DNA of 64,000 nucleotides from Rhizophagus irregularis (Eukaryota): NCBI RefSeq assembly GCF_026210795.1, contig NC_089430.1, positions 5,952,001 to 6,016,000 of the forward strand, read 5' to 3'. Shown piece by piece: positions 27,301 to 38,659 of this stretch (position 1 is its first letter; each line of letters starts with the position of its first letter). The notes under the pieces were generated by a model. It saw only the letters and a program-made list of their open reading frames with translations, ran no database searches and was not told where the DNA came from. The position numbers and the translations under genes were made by a program.

Positions 27301-28933
27301 CTATAAACAAAAAGCCATTAAAAACTTATTAATAGCAAAAGATCAAATAAATGGAATATTAATACCTTACTTAGAATATATACAAATAACACTCCCATTA
27401 GGTCAAAGTTGTGAATTATTAAAGCAAATAATTAACAAAATAGAAATATTGAAGGCAATTAAATGTAATATTGAAGAAACAATTAAAAAATTTAGTAATG
27501 ATAATGAAGCAAACATTAAAATAAACAAAATTAGACTAGATGATTATTTTAATAAAGATAAGAATTTAAACATGGAAATAAGAGAACTAGAAAATGAAGG
27601 ATTATATTATATTTTTGATATAGAATTTGCAATAGATTGGGTTGGAGTAATATTCTTAGGAATAGCAGGAGTGGTACAAATTGGAATAGGAGCATTTTGT
27701 TTATACAAAGGACTTGATGAATTAGGGACATTTTTTATAGAAGAAGGTATTAGGGATTTAATAAATATAATAAACTTATTAATAAAAAAGCAAAAATTTG
27801 ACCTAAACGATTATATTAGTGAAAAAGCAATTAGTATATCAATGGATTTAGTTTTATTAGGAGCAAAAACAGTATTATCAAAATTACATAAACTTCCAAA
27901 AGAAATACAAATACCTAATAATTCTTCTAATTCATCCAATTTTTCAATTATATCCATATTAAAGAAAATAGGAAAAAATATGGTAATAAAGGAATGCATA
28001 CATACATTATTAGATACTAGTGCAGATAAATTTGTAAGTCTTTTTAAAGAAAAAGTAAAAGAGAATATATTAAAAGAATTAAGAGTAAGCCTAGATGACC
28101 AAATTATATTAATATATTTAAATAAGTTAATGGCAACAGATATATTATTTGAAGAAGTAGAATTAGATGAAATTACAACAAGTACATTAAAAATTTTAGA
28201 AGATAAGCGAAATATGTTTAGAGAGTTAATAGATGAAGGATTAGAAGAAATAATAAAAGATAAACATCCAGTATTTAAAGGAATTGCAATAGCAGCTAAA
28301 GTTGTAGATTCAACAATAATATTAAATAAAATAAATAAAGTAGCAAAAGAAGCAGCAAAAGAAATATCAACAACATTTAAAACTAAGATAAAAGAATCAT
28401 ATAAACAACAAACATTTGAGATAATCTTAGAAAGGGGGTTAAAGCCAAAAATAGATTTAAAAGATGCAAAAGAAATAATAATATTATTAAAAAAAGATAA
28501 AGTAATAAATGATGAAGAATTTGATGAAGACAAAGCACAAGAAATAGATTTTAAACAATATAACAATCATAAGTTAGAAATAATAAGAATATTAAGCAAA
28601 TATAATAAGTTAAGAAAAAAGGAGTACAGTTATAAAGGAAAAGAAGATTTAATAAAAAAATATGAAGAGTATATAACAAAATTTGTTTTAAATAAAATCA
28701 AAACTCAAGCATTAGGATGTTTAACAAATGTAATGACAGATAAGCTAACTGATTATATAAATGATAAGATAAGTAGTGAATGGAATAAATTTAGAAAAGA
28801 ACAAATCCAAAATTTAAAAAGTATAACTTCATTAAAGTTAGCAGAAGAATTTTCACAAAATAAAGAATTAGATAAAAAATTAAAATTGGAAATAACGAAA
28901 ATATTAAAAGCTAATTTTAAAAAAAATAAATAG
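24306..28933 (+). CDS. SecA-like DEAD ATPase + degenerate OTU-like domain + hydrophobic segment + helical tail; single -1 frameshift at ~25625
   Basis: SecA motifs in order: QISTGEGKT, LAKRDAE, IVYG..SEFQFDWL, IVDEVD, FSDGLHQFL, GLTGT, GRAVLV, IATNLAGRGTDIK, GGLHVI, SRVEEQAFGKTARQG. One added A in ttttaaaaatatgg joins the two ORFs (YFKKYGAKIYGLTGT), ~1540 aa. Confidence 0.85.
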
Positions 28934-29206
28934 TTATTTTTAATAATAATAATAGGGTATACATATACAGCCAATATAATATTTTTTTATAAAATTCAAA
29001 AATCAAATTGTAAATTATAAATTACATTTTATTTACAACATTAAAACATTTTATTATTTAAAGTTTAAGCCATCTAATTTTTGAAAAATTATTGAATTAA
29101 AAACTTCAAAGAAATTAAAGTAAAATCAGTAATCTATTAAATATTAAAGATTATATAATTTTGATGTACCAAATATATGATGTACTAAATTTGGAGTTAA
29201 TCAAAA

Positions 29207-29325
29207 CACAGGTCAAAAAGTGAAAATCAGGCATCAATCAGTCACCAATTGGTCACAAATCAGATAGCTGATTGGTAACCGATTGGTAACTGATTGATGC
29301 CTGATTTTTTACTTTTCGACCTGTG
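29207..29325. mobile_element. 119-bp hairpin MITE with CACTA-like CACAGGTC ends
   Basis: cacaggtcaaaaagtgaaaatcaggcatcaatcag...ctgattgatgcctgattttttacttttcgacctgtg, almost fully palindromic. Confidence 0.75.
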
Positions 29326-29749
29326 AAAATTTTTCAAATTACAAATTAAAATATCTTAATGTAACAAAGATTATTATAAAATAAAGGCAATTTCTATTTG
29401 TATTGTTATCCTGGTAATGATTAAAGCTGACTGAAAAACTTTAACGCTTTAACAGGTTAACTGGAGTTTAACTTAATAGGAGAGTTTTAGATTGATTACA
29501 AATAATCATGTGAAATAACGTTGGATGTTCAGTTAAAGAAAATAGGTTTTTATTAAAATAAGATTTTAGATACGACGAAAAATATAGATAATCTCTTGGT
29601 TGCGAAATTAACTATCTTGAATTATACTACTAGAAATAATACTCTTTTCATATAACTCAAAAACTACAATACAATTCTTAACTAATTGACTGTAAAACTA
29701 ACGAACTACCCCTTTAACTTGGTAAATCCTATCACTATTTATAATAAAA

Positions 29750-29960
29750 TAAAAATTAAGAATATTTGATAAAACAAATAAATAAAATAAATAAAATAAA
29801 ATAAATATAATAAATAAATTAAATAAAATAAATATATCAAATATAACAAATAAAATAAATAAAGTTAATAAAATAAATAAATCAAATATATCAAATTTAT
29901 CAAATTTATCAGATTTATCAAATAAATCAAGAAAATCAAGAAAATTGAAAAAATCAAGGG
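29750..29960. repeat. Low-complexity A-rich tandem repeats
   Basis: (aaata)n grading into atcaaattt/atcaagaaa 9-mers. Confidence 0.6.
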
Positions 29961-30773
29961 ATCTACAAAATGGTCTGCAAAATTGATCTACATAAAATTA
30001 CTGCGCCACATTTCTACTTTAACAGTATATAGGTATTTGAATCTGAATCATATGATTATTACCATTTTAACTAATAGTATAAACTTCAAAATTAGTAGAT
30101 AAATGGATTTTTACCTGCTTTACAAAGTTTACATAAGGCAATTAATTTGCTGATTACTCTTAAAAAAATTTAGGAAATGATTGGTAAAAACAGTTTTTTA
30201 TATATAAGTCAAAAATGGTATTGTTACCCATGTTTGCCATAGAATTCTGAATATTATTACTAAAAAAACTCAGATCTGAATTTGTATAAACCTTATAATT
30301 AATTTCTATTCCAAATGTATAAAATTATATGTAGATTTTAGTCTCAAATTTTTTATCTCAGAATTCAGTGATTGGATTTTAATAATCTTTGGCTTGTTAG
30401 ATTTGTCTCAACAAGACAAACATTTTAATATATAATTCATTTTTTTAGGTATAATATTGACTGGGATATCACATTTTGAAATTTTAGTTATATAGAATCT
30501 GAGTTGTTTTAGTAATGTTTAGGGTCCTTCTGGCATCTGTAGATAAACAAATATTTTTTTTAATTATCCTATATTTTATTTTCTTTAACATTATTTTCAA
30601 ACTTGAAGAACTTCCCCATATTTTATTATTCTACTTTATTAATTTAAATATTAATTAACTCTTAGGTATATCATGAGCATATTCAAAATAATTTTTAATT
30701 ATTAATATTTCTTTATTAATAATTGAGTTAAAAAGATGACTGCTGAATTCCTATTGAATTCCATTTGTATTTA

Positions 30774-31000
30774 CACAGGCAATCTCAATAAATCAGATCA
30801 GTTAGTTCTAGTAAAAATATCTGATATATTAAGACATCCGATATATCAAAAAAATCTTGCTAAACCAGATTTATATAAAATATATGAAAATCTGAAATAT
30901 TAAGATATTATGTGATTTTTGTTCAAAATTTTTAAAATTCAAAAAACGAAATATAATTTTATTATTATGAAAGAACTATCTATTATATACAGATAAAAAA
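30774..31000 (-). mobile_element. Isolated right end of a second pogo/Tigger copy
   Basis: Reverse complement of ~43990-44211 (cacaggcaatctcaataaatcagatcagttagttc...). Confidence 0.75.
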
Positions 31001-32094
31001 TATCTAATTAAAATATAAAAAAAAACAATGGTAAAATTATATATAAAGTTGGGATTCATATTGTACTGTACCAGTACATTTTGTACTGCATATACGGGAC
31101 ACATTTATTTCACCAAAAATTATCTCACCAATGTAACCATGAGTATCGAACTTAATGGAATAGATAAATGATATATCGAATAGAAGATTACACGGTAGAA
31201 AGTCACATGATCGGATAAATAATTAGCCGGAAAGGATAAATGTTTAGGAGAAGGAATGATCTACATGATATAATGTTTATTAAATGATTAACGACGAACC
31301 AATAGATCAATCAGGGGGTCGATCAATGCGGCTTAGCAACCAGTTTATCAAGTTCATCAACAGGAATAATTAGAAGGAGGAACTATAAGCCACAAAAGAT
31401 AGATTATGGGAACAATGTATAAAATGAGACGATAGCGAATTAAAATCGAATTTAATGAAAATACATGAAATATTGAAAAACAAAAGATAATATAAAAGAT
31501 AATGCAAAAGATAATATAAAAGATAATATGAAAAGATGATACAGAAAGACAGCACAGCCACAAAAAATGGATTATTTCTTTATGATATAATATTTGAAAG
31601 ATTATGTTATTTTAAAGAAAGGATAGTACAGCCACAAAAGATGGATTATTTCTTTACGATATAATATTTGAAAGATTATGTTATTTTAAAGAAAGGATAG
31701 CACAGCCACGAAAGATGGGTTATAAATTATTTCTTTACGATGTAATATTTGAAAGATAGAAAAGATAATATATAAAATAGTATATAAAATAGTATATTAA
31801 AAATAACATATTAAAAGATAGCATATAAAAGATAGTACATAAAAGATAGTACATAAAAGATAACACATAACATAAAATATTAGATAAGAAGTAAGAAAAA
31901 GAAAGAATAAGAAAGTTTGTTTAAATAGGAGTGGAATGGGAAGTGAATTCCACAGTCGTCAGTTAGGATTTTGAATTTTAGGTAATTTAGTTAGTTGTAA
32001 ATTTCATGAAGATCAAAATATAAATAAAGTACTTTTTACCCATTAATTAATGATTATCGACTCTTTTATACTGTTTTCTTATGATGAAAAAGTA

Positions 32095-33738
32095 CAGTGG
32101 CTTCCAAAAGTAACTGACCAAACGTTTATTAAATGCAAAATCACATGTTTATTGGTCATATGATATTATATGAATACAATATTGATTTTATATATAATAT
32201 ACTCCAAGATTATTATAATGTATTAATTTTAGTAATACTTAATAAACCAATTTTGTTTTAATCACGCAATATTTATTAAAACTATGGTCAGTGATTTTTG
32301 TCATATTCACTTTATATAATAAATTTAAAAAAAAAAATTTTAAAAATATGTTAAAAATTATAAAAAACATTATTTACCAACGCGTATAACCACCCTTAGC
32401 ATTAATAACATCTTGTATTCTTACCGGCATTGACTCTATCAATTTGGTACATATCTCTAATGTTGTTTCATTCCAAATCTGAGAAACATGCTCCTATAAA
32501 GCATCTTTTCCTCTAATTGTAACATTTAATGCCCTGAGTCACCGGTCAACATCGTTCCAGAGATGTTCTATCAGATTTAGATCTGGAGATTGTGATGGCC
32601 ACGGCAAGACTTCAACATTATTGTCCTCAAACCACTATTTGGTAAGTAAAGCAGTGTGTTTTGGATCGTTATCCTGCTGAAAAATAACGTCTGAAACACT
32701 TAAATCATAGTACCGCAAAGTCTCCATAAAGTCCTCACTTAATATTTGACGATAAAGCTCTGCATTCAGTCCTCCATCAATTTTACACAAAAAACCAACA
32801 CCACTTGAAGTAAAACAACCCCATACAAAAACACTAACACTACCAAACTTTACAGTAGGTTTGATATGAGCGTCTTTAAGTGTTTCTCCTTGTCTTTTCC
32901 AACAATATTCACGTTCGTCTGAGCCAAAAATTTGAAATTTAGATTCGTCGGACCACACTACTCTATTCCAATCACTTACTGTCCAGTCTTTAAATCGCTT
33001 AGCAAATTTAAGCCGATTTTCACAATGTTTTTTGGATAAAAGTGGCTTCTTGTGTTTAACTCTGGCCGACAAACCATTTCTTTTCAATGCTCTTCGTACG
33101 GTGTTGGAGCTGACATTGATCTCGTCATTAATTTGTAGGGATTTTTTTAATTGAACAGCATTTGAACATTCGTTTGTCATTAAGCGCCTTATAATAGTAC
33201 GTTCATTACGCTCATTTAACTTGCGTGGCTGACCTGAACGTTGCTTATCTTCAACTTTACTGGTTTTTTCATATTTTTTTTTAAGATTTAGGATTGTTAT
33301 GTGACTTTTACAACCAATTTTAGCGGCAATCTCTCTTGAGGCAAAACCTCTTTCAATCATTAAAATTGCCTGTGCTCTTTGTTCTGTAGTAAGTTTGGTC
33401 TTCGAATATAAAAGAAAAAAAAGGTATAAGTTCGAAATTGTGTAAGTATACTAGTATTTTTTATTAATGTTTATTATTAATTATAAATAAAAAATGCCTT
33501 TTTTCTAAATAAATTTTTTTCTTTCCTAAGTGACAAAAATTACTGACCATAGTTTGGGGTAAAATGATGACGTATCACTAAATGATGTAGTACAAGCAAG
33601 GGTTATTTTATACTATTTTAAAGATCTACATTTGTATTGTTTATTTATGAAAATATTAGATTAACGGATTTGTTTTGATTGACAAACACGTGATTTCGCA
33701 TTTTTTAAATTTTGGTCAGTTACTTTTGGAAGCCACTG
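32095..33738 (-). mobile_element. Tc1-family transposon
   Basis: TIR cagtggcttccaaaagtaactgacc / ggtcagttacttttggaagccactg; TA TSD. Confidence 0.93.
32374..33400 (-). pseudogene. Tc1 DD34E transposase with in-frame stops
   Basis: WSDESKF, FQQDNDPKH, WPSQSPDLNLIEH; stops at ~32635 and ~32536. Confidence 0.9.
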
Positions 33739-34608
33739 TATGTTAAATAATGAATTCCTTTACCATTTGATATATGAGAAACGCACGAACATAATAGTTC
33801 GGTTAGTCGGAATGTACACAATCATATGGGTGAAGGGTTCATAAATGTTTGTAGAAACGTTAATTATTAAAAGTTATTTCGAATATACTTATGGTTCGCC
33901 TAAGTTTTAATTAATGTTAAATAAGTATTAAAATGATGAAGTAAATATGAATATAAAGAATTAAGGAGTCCCAAGTGTGACTCGTATTATTTTGAGAAAC
34001 CCGAGTATGGTTTATTGAGAAGCCCAAGTGTGGCTTATATATTAAGAAAGTCTGAGACCAGTGACTTTAGAGCCCAAGTGTGGCTAATGTATATTGAGAA
34101 GTCCGTGTGTGACTTAGAAAATGATGAAAATTAAGTTAAAGATTTAAAACTAAACCAAGCAAGAATATTAATATTTCGCTGAGAACACATATAACAGAAG
34201 CAGGGAACTTTGTTTACCGCCGAGTGGCAGACGGGGGTGATACCGACAATCAACTTACTGACAGTCATTTCACTGACAGGGTCATTTCACCTACAGTTGT
34301 TTTACCGACAATCATTTTACTGACAATATCATTTCACCAACAAGATCATTTCACCGACAACTAAAAATGTTAATAAAAAAAATACAAAAAAAATAGCATT
34401 ATGAAAAATTTATTATAAATCTTATTTTATTTAGCTGTTTTCTATATTTAACATATAATTTCATAATACTACTATATTTAATGCTTATGTAATTAAAATT
34501 TATATATATCTTAGAAATTCCATATCATACAGTATATTAACACTAATAAAAACTTATGCTTAATGCTTCTAATACATAAAATGAATAAAATATAAATATA
34601 TAAACTAA

Positions 34609-36059
34609 TTAAAATGAAATATTGTGAGCTATTCCTCGAAGAAAATCTAATAATGGTCTATTTTTCTAATCATTATAAACCACCTGGATTCTGTTTTCAT
34701 GTTTTCTATTATGTTTTTTTTGCTTAGGTTGTGGATTTTCTTGAAGAATTGACTCAACCTTAATCTCAATTTGATGCTGCTCACTTTGCAACTCCTTTAT
34801 GATTTTAAATAATCCCACATGTGCACGACCCACTAATGTCTCCCATCTCCTATGCCATGCCTCTACTGAATTCTGTGTTCTTGGAAATGTATATTCTATA
34901 TTTTCAGTGACTAACCATAAAGATGGTGGAAATAATGGCTCGGAATGAACCACATTTCCATTTCTTAATCTACGAATTACCTTTCTATGGACATAATAAA
35001 TCTCAAACCAATCCAAAAGTTCATTGACTTCTGGTGGCATGTCTGGTGGCATGTTACTTCTTAATTCATCAAATGCAGCTGGAATATTATCACAAGGCAA
35101 AAATGCAAGTGCTGGGATATGTTTAACAAATAAACTAATATTTTCATCATTTGCATATTGAGAAGCAAGGCCAAATGCTTGCACTTTATGATATACACTT
35201 TGGGACAAATGAAAATGGCAGCCTTTATTTTGAACACCGTGTAATTCTATATGAACTGCATTGATTAAAGCTTTTTCAAAGTTTGTTAATACATATTGTG
35301 GTTGTAGATCAATGTTATGTTCATCACCAAGTTGATTAAATTTTGAAACAATGCTCTATAGTATTCCTCTGATTTACTTGACATTAGTGAAAATACAAGA
35401 GGCATAATTTTGGAGTTTTCACTATCTCCAACACTTCCATGAATTGTATAGAGTTGTTTAAAAATTGTTGGGACAGTCTTGAAAGTACCATCCATTATCC
35501 AAAAGGATGATTGAGACAGATAGTTGACATTATTAAATGTTGTAAAGATTAGCACTTTTTCATTACCTATGTTTAAATCCCTAATCAAAAATTTAGAATT
35601 ACTTAAAGTTTTTTGCAAATTATCAAGAATAATAAGATTTGCAAAAGATTGTGGCTCTGCTGGTAAATTAGCACGTCTAACTCATTTGACAGCTTGACGA
35701 AGTGCATCACGAGATGGCAAATGAGAACCTATTTCTTATGAACTACCAGCCAAAACACTTTGAATAACTTGTACAAGCTGGTCATTTGTTTGTTGGGCCT
35801 GTTCTTTTAATAAATTGAGACTTTTTACAACTTTAACTTGGCTTGCATCTGCAGCATGGTTGTGATCTGTAAACTTTACAAGGTGATATTGATTTTTGGT
35901 AAACATAGTTGTAGCTCGTCCATTGCATCGTAGTTGATCCCGTTTTTTACAATACCAGTAATATGAGTTGTTTCTTTTTTTGTCTTTAACCATGAGATAG
36001 CCATGAATATTGATTTTATTTTTATTTCGAATAGAAGAAACAGCTTCACAGATATCCAT
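34609..36059 (-). pseudogene. MULE transposase (FLYWCH + MULE DDE), disrupted
   Basis: YWYC...C.GRA...HNH; WIMDGTFK; FEKALINAV..GCHFHLSQ; RTQNSVEAWH. Confidence 0.88.
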
Positions 36060-38659
36060 TTTGAAAAAAATAAAGAAGAGGATAAAGTATTTATTAGAAA
36101 AAAATTGAGTTTTACTTGTAAATACTACGAATATTGAAGAAAGTAAAATTTTTACTAGAGAATTTTATCATTTCACTTTATTTATTTGAGTGGTAAAAAA
36201 ATGATTCAAACAATAAATAAAAAAAATTAATATTTTATTATATTCAAATTACATAACATTCCTTTTATGTGTATATTAATAAAATTTTACATAATAAATA
36301 ATTTACTAATAATTGTAGCTATGTTATTTTTCACAATAAAAACTATTAAATATTAAATTAATAATTGTGGCTATGTGATTGATTATCAAATTACAGTAAA
36401 AAATTAAAATTCGGTGAAATGATTTTCAGAGAGATGATTTTTGGCGAAATAATCCTGTCGGTGAAATGAACCTGTCGGTGAAATGATTTTTGGTAAAGTG
36501 ACTGTCAGTAAGTTGATTGTCGGTGAAATGTTTTTCAGTGAAATAAACTGAACCCTATATACAGTACAGTACTGTACTGAAACTTTTTACATATGGGCTG
36601 ATTTGTCTACTCTGCATTAAAAAGAGTTATTGAATTGATTTGCACAATTTTCGTTACTCAAAATTGTTTTGTAATACCAAAAAATCATCTGATTGATGAT
36701 CACTTGACTAAATAATAAGTTGAACAAAAATTTACATTTGCGAAACTTAAATTATTAAATGTAAAAGAGGTGTGAAAAAACTCATTTCACTAATAAAAAC
36801 CCCATTTCTTATATATATGGAATTTTTAATATATATTATTAAAAAGTAAGTATATTTTAATAAAATATAAAGTAAAATAAAAATTTATATAGTCTTAGTA
36901 GCTATAAATGTTTATAAAAGTATAATAAAAATATCATATAAAAGATGGTATCATAATAGATATTTTCAAACAATAAAAATAATTATTTTATGTCAGAATT
37001 TGTATTACCATCTTTAGACGCAAATATATCAAGATTCACTGATCCGTTTTTTATAAATTTAGGCTCTTCAGAAAGCCCTTGATCTGGTCTATATGAGCGA
37101 AAAAAGAGCTTGCTGATTGGATCATTAGATCTGGAGATACACAGGCAATCTCAATAAATCGGATCCTCGATAAATCGGATTTGGCACTATTTCGGATTTT
37201 TCTTTTGGAACCAAATCATCTATATTAAAACAGTCTTGATATATCGGACTTTATTAGTAAAATCTCAATATTTCGTAAATCGGATTTTATTTTAGATTAA
37301 CTATAGTTAAAAAATCTTGATATGACGTATTAATTTTTCAGAGTCCGAAATAATTATGTTAATCATTTATTAATTAGGAAAACAATTTTCTCACTGTTTT
37401 TTTTTCAAAATATACTTTAGTATGAGAGAAAACAAAGATACGAATAATAAAAAGAAGAAATCTTTAACATTAGCTCAAAAGAAAGAACTCTGTGAAAAAC
37501 AAAGAAATCAAAAACTTAGTGGTGTTCAATTAGCAGCACAATATGGAATTTCCACTAGCACAGTTTTTGATATTTTAAAAAGATCAGAACATTGGCTTTC
37601 CATTGATACCACTTTACCAAATGCAAATAATTTTCGTGAAAAATCTAGTGTTTATCCACAACTAGAAAAAGTAATGAGCATTTGGATTGATCAACAAATT
37701 TCAAGAAATTTAACTATAAATGGGCTTATTATCCAACAAAAAGCAGTAGAGTGTGCTAACTTACTTGATATCACCAACTTTTCAGCATCTGCAGGATAGT
37801 TAAGCAACTTTAAACAGAGAAATAATTTGCATACATATAAAAAAAAAGGAGAAGCTGGCAGTGCTCCTATTAATGAACTTTCACAAATAAGAGCTGAATT
37901 ACAAGAAATTCTTCAAGCATATAAACTAAAAGATATCTGGAACTGTGATGAAACTGCTCTTTTTTGGCGTTTAGAACCATCCAAAACAATAGCACATGAT
38001 CCTGTACTTGGTAAAAAATGTCTGAAATAATGTGTTAGTATTTTGGCAACTTGTAATGCTTCTGGTGATGAAAGATTGCCTTTAATTTTTATTCATAAAT
38101 ATGAAACACCACGTGTATTAAAGAGAATTGAAAAAAGATCTCTCCCTGTTTGGTATTATTGGAATTCTAAAGCTTGGATGCAAAGAAGTATTTTCAAACA
38201 TTATCTTAAAAAATTAAATTCCAAAATGCTTAAAGAAAATCGGCATATTATTTTACTAATAAATAATGCTAGATGTCATGAATCTGAGAACATCAATAGC
38301 ACTAGTCGAAAAAGGAATATTCGGCCTTAATACAATTTGGCCTATATTCGACTAAAATTAATAAAATTTGACTTCAATTAGTAAAGATCTACGATTAGAC
38401 ATATATTCAACCTAGTTGAATTATGTTAATCAAACGTTATGCATTACGTGATACACGTATTAAAATAAAAGTTTAAAAAAGGATGATCCTTTTTTAAACT
38501 TTTTTAATTTTCTTCCTTCCCTCCCCGCCCTTTCCCTTCCTTTGTTCCCTTTTCCTTCATCCCAGTTTCTCTTCTTCCCCTTTCCTTCCCTTCGTTCTCC
38601 TTTCCCTTCCTTCGCTTTTCCCTTCCTTACTCTTTTCCCTTCCTTTCGTCACTTATCTC

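Larger units (their letters stand above)
31132..34242. mobile_element. Probable solo LTR (~1.47 kb after removing Tc1)
   Basis: tgtaacc...ggtgata (decayed TG...CA), 4-bp TSD ccaa/ccga, internal tandem repeats, non-coding. Confidence 0.6.
31096..36555 (-). mobile_element. MULE (Mutator-like) transposon; left TIR split by a solo LTR
   Basis: TIRs with tandem catttcaccgaca repeats; left TIR 31096-31131 resumes at 34243; right TIR ~36410-36555. Confidence 0.8.

Noticed and set aside
24306..28933. Bacterial contig or true secA operon
   Set aside because: No neighbouring bacterial genes, the C-terminus is not SecA-like and the flanks are fungal-type; cannot be fully excluded without reads
24962..28974. 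Minus-strand ORFs (84-251 aa) opposite the SecA-like gene
   Set aside because: Shadow ORFs caused by the A-rich codon bias of the plus-strand gene
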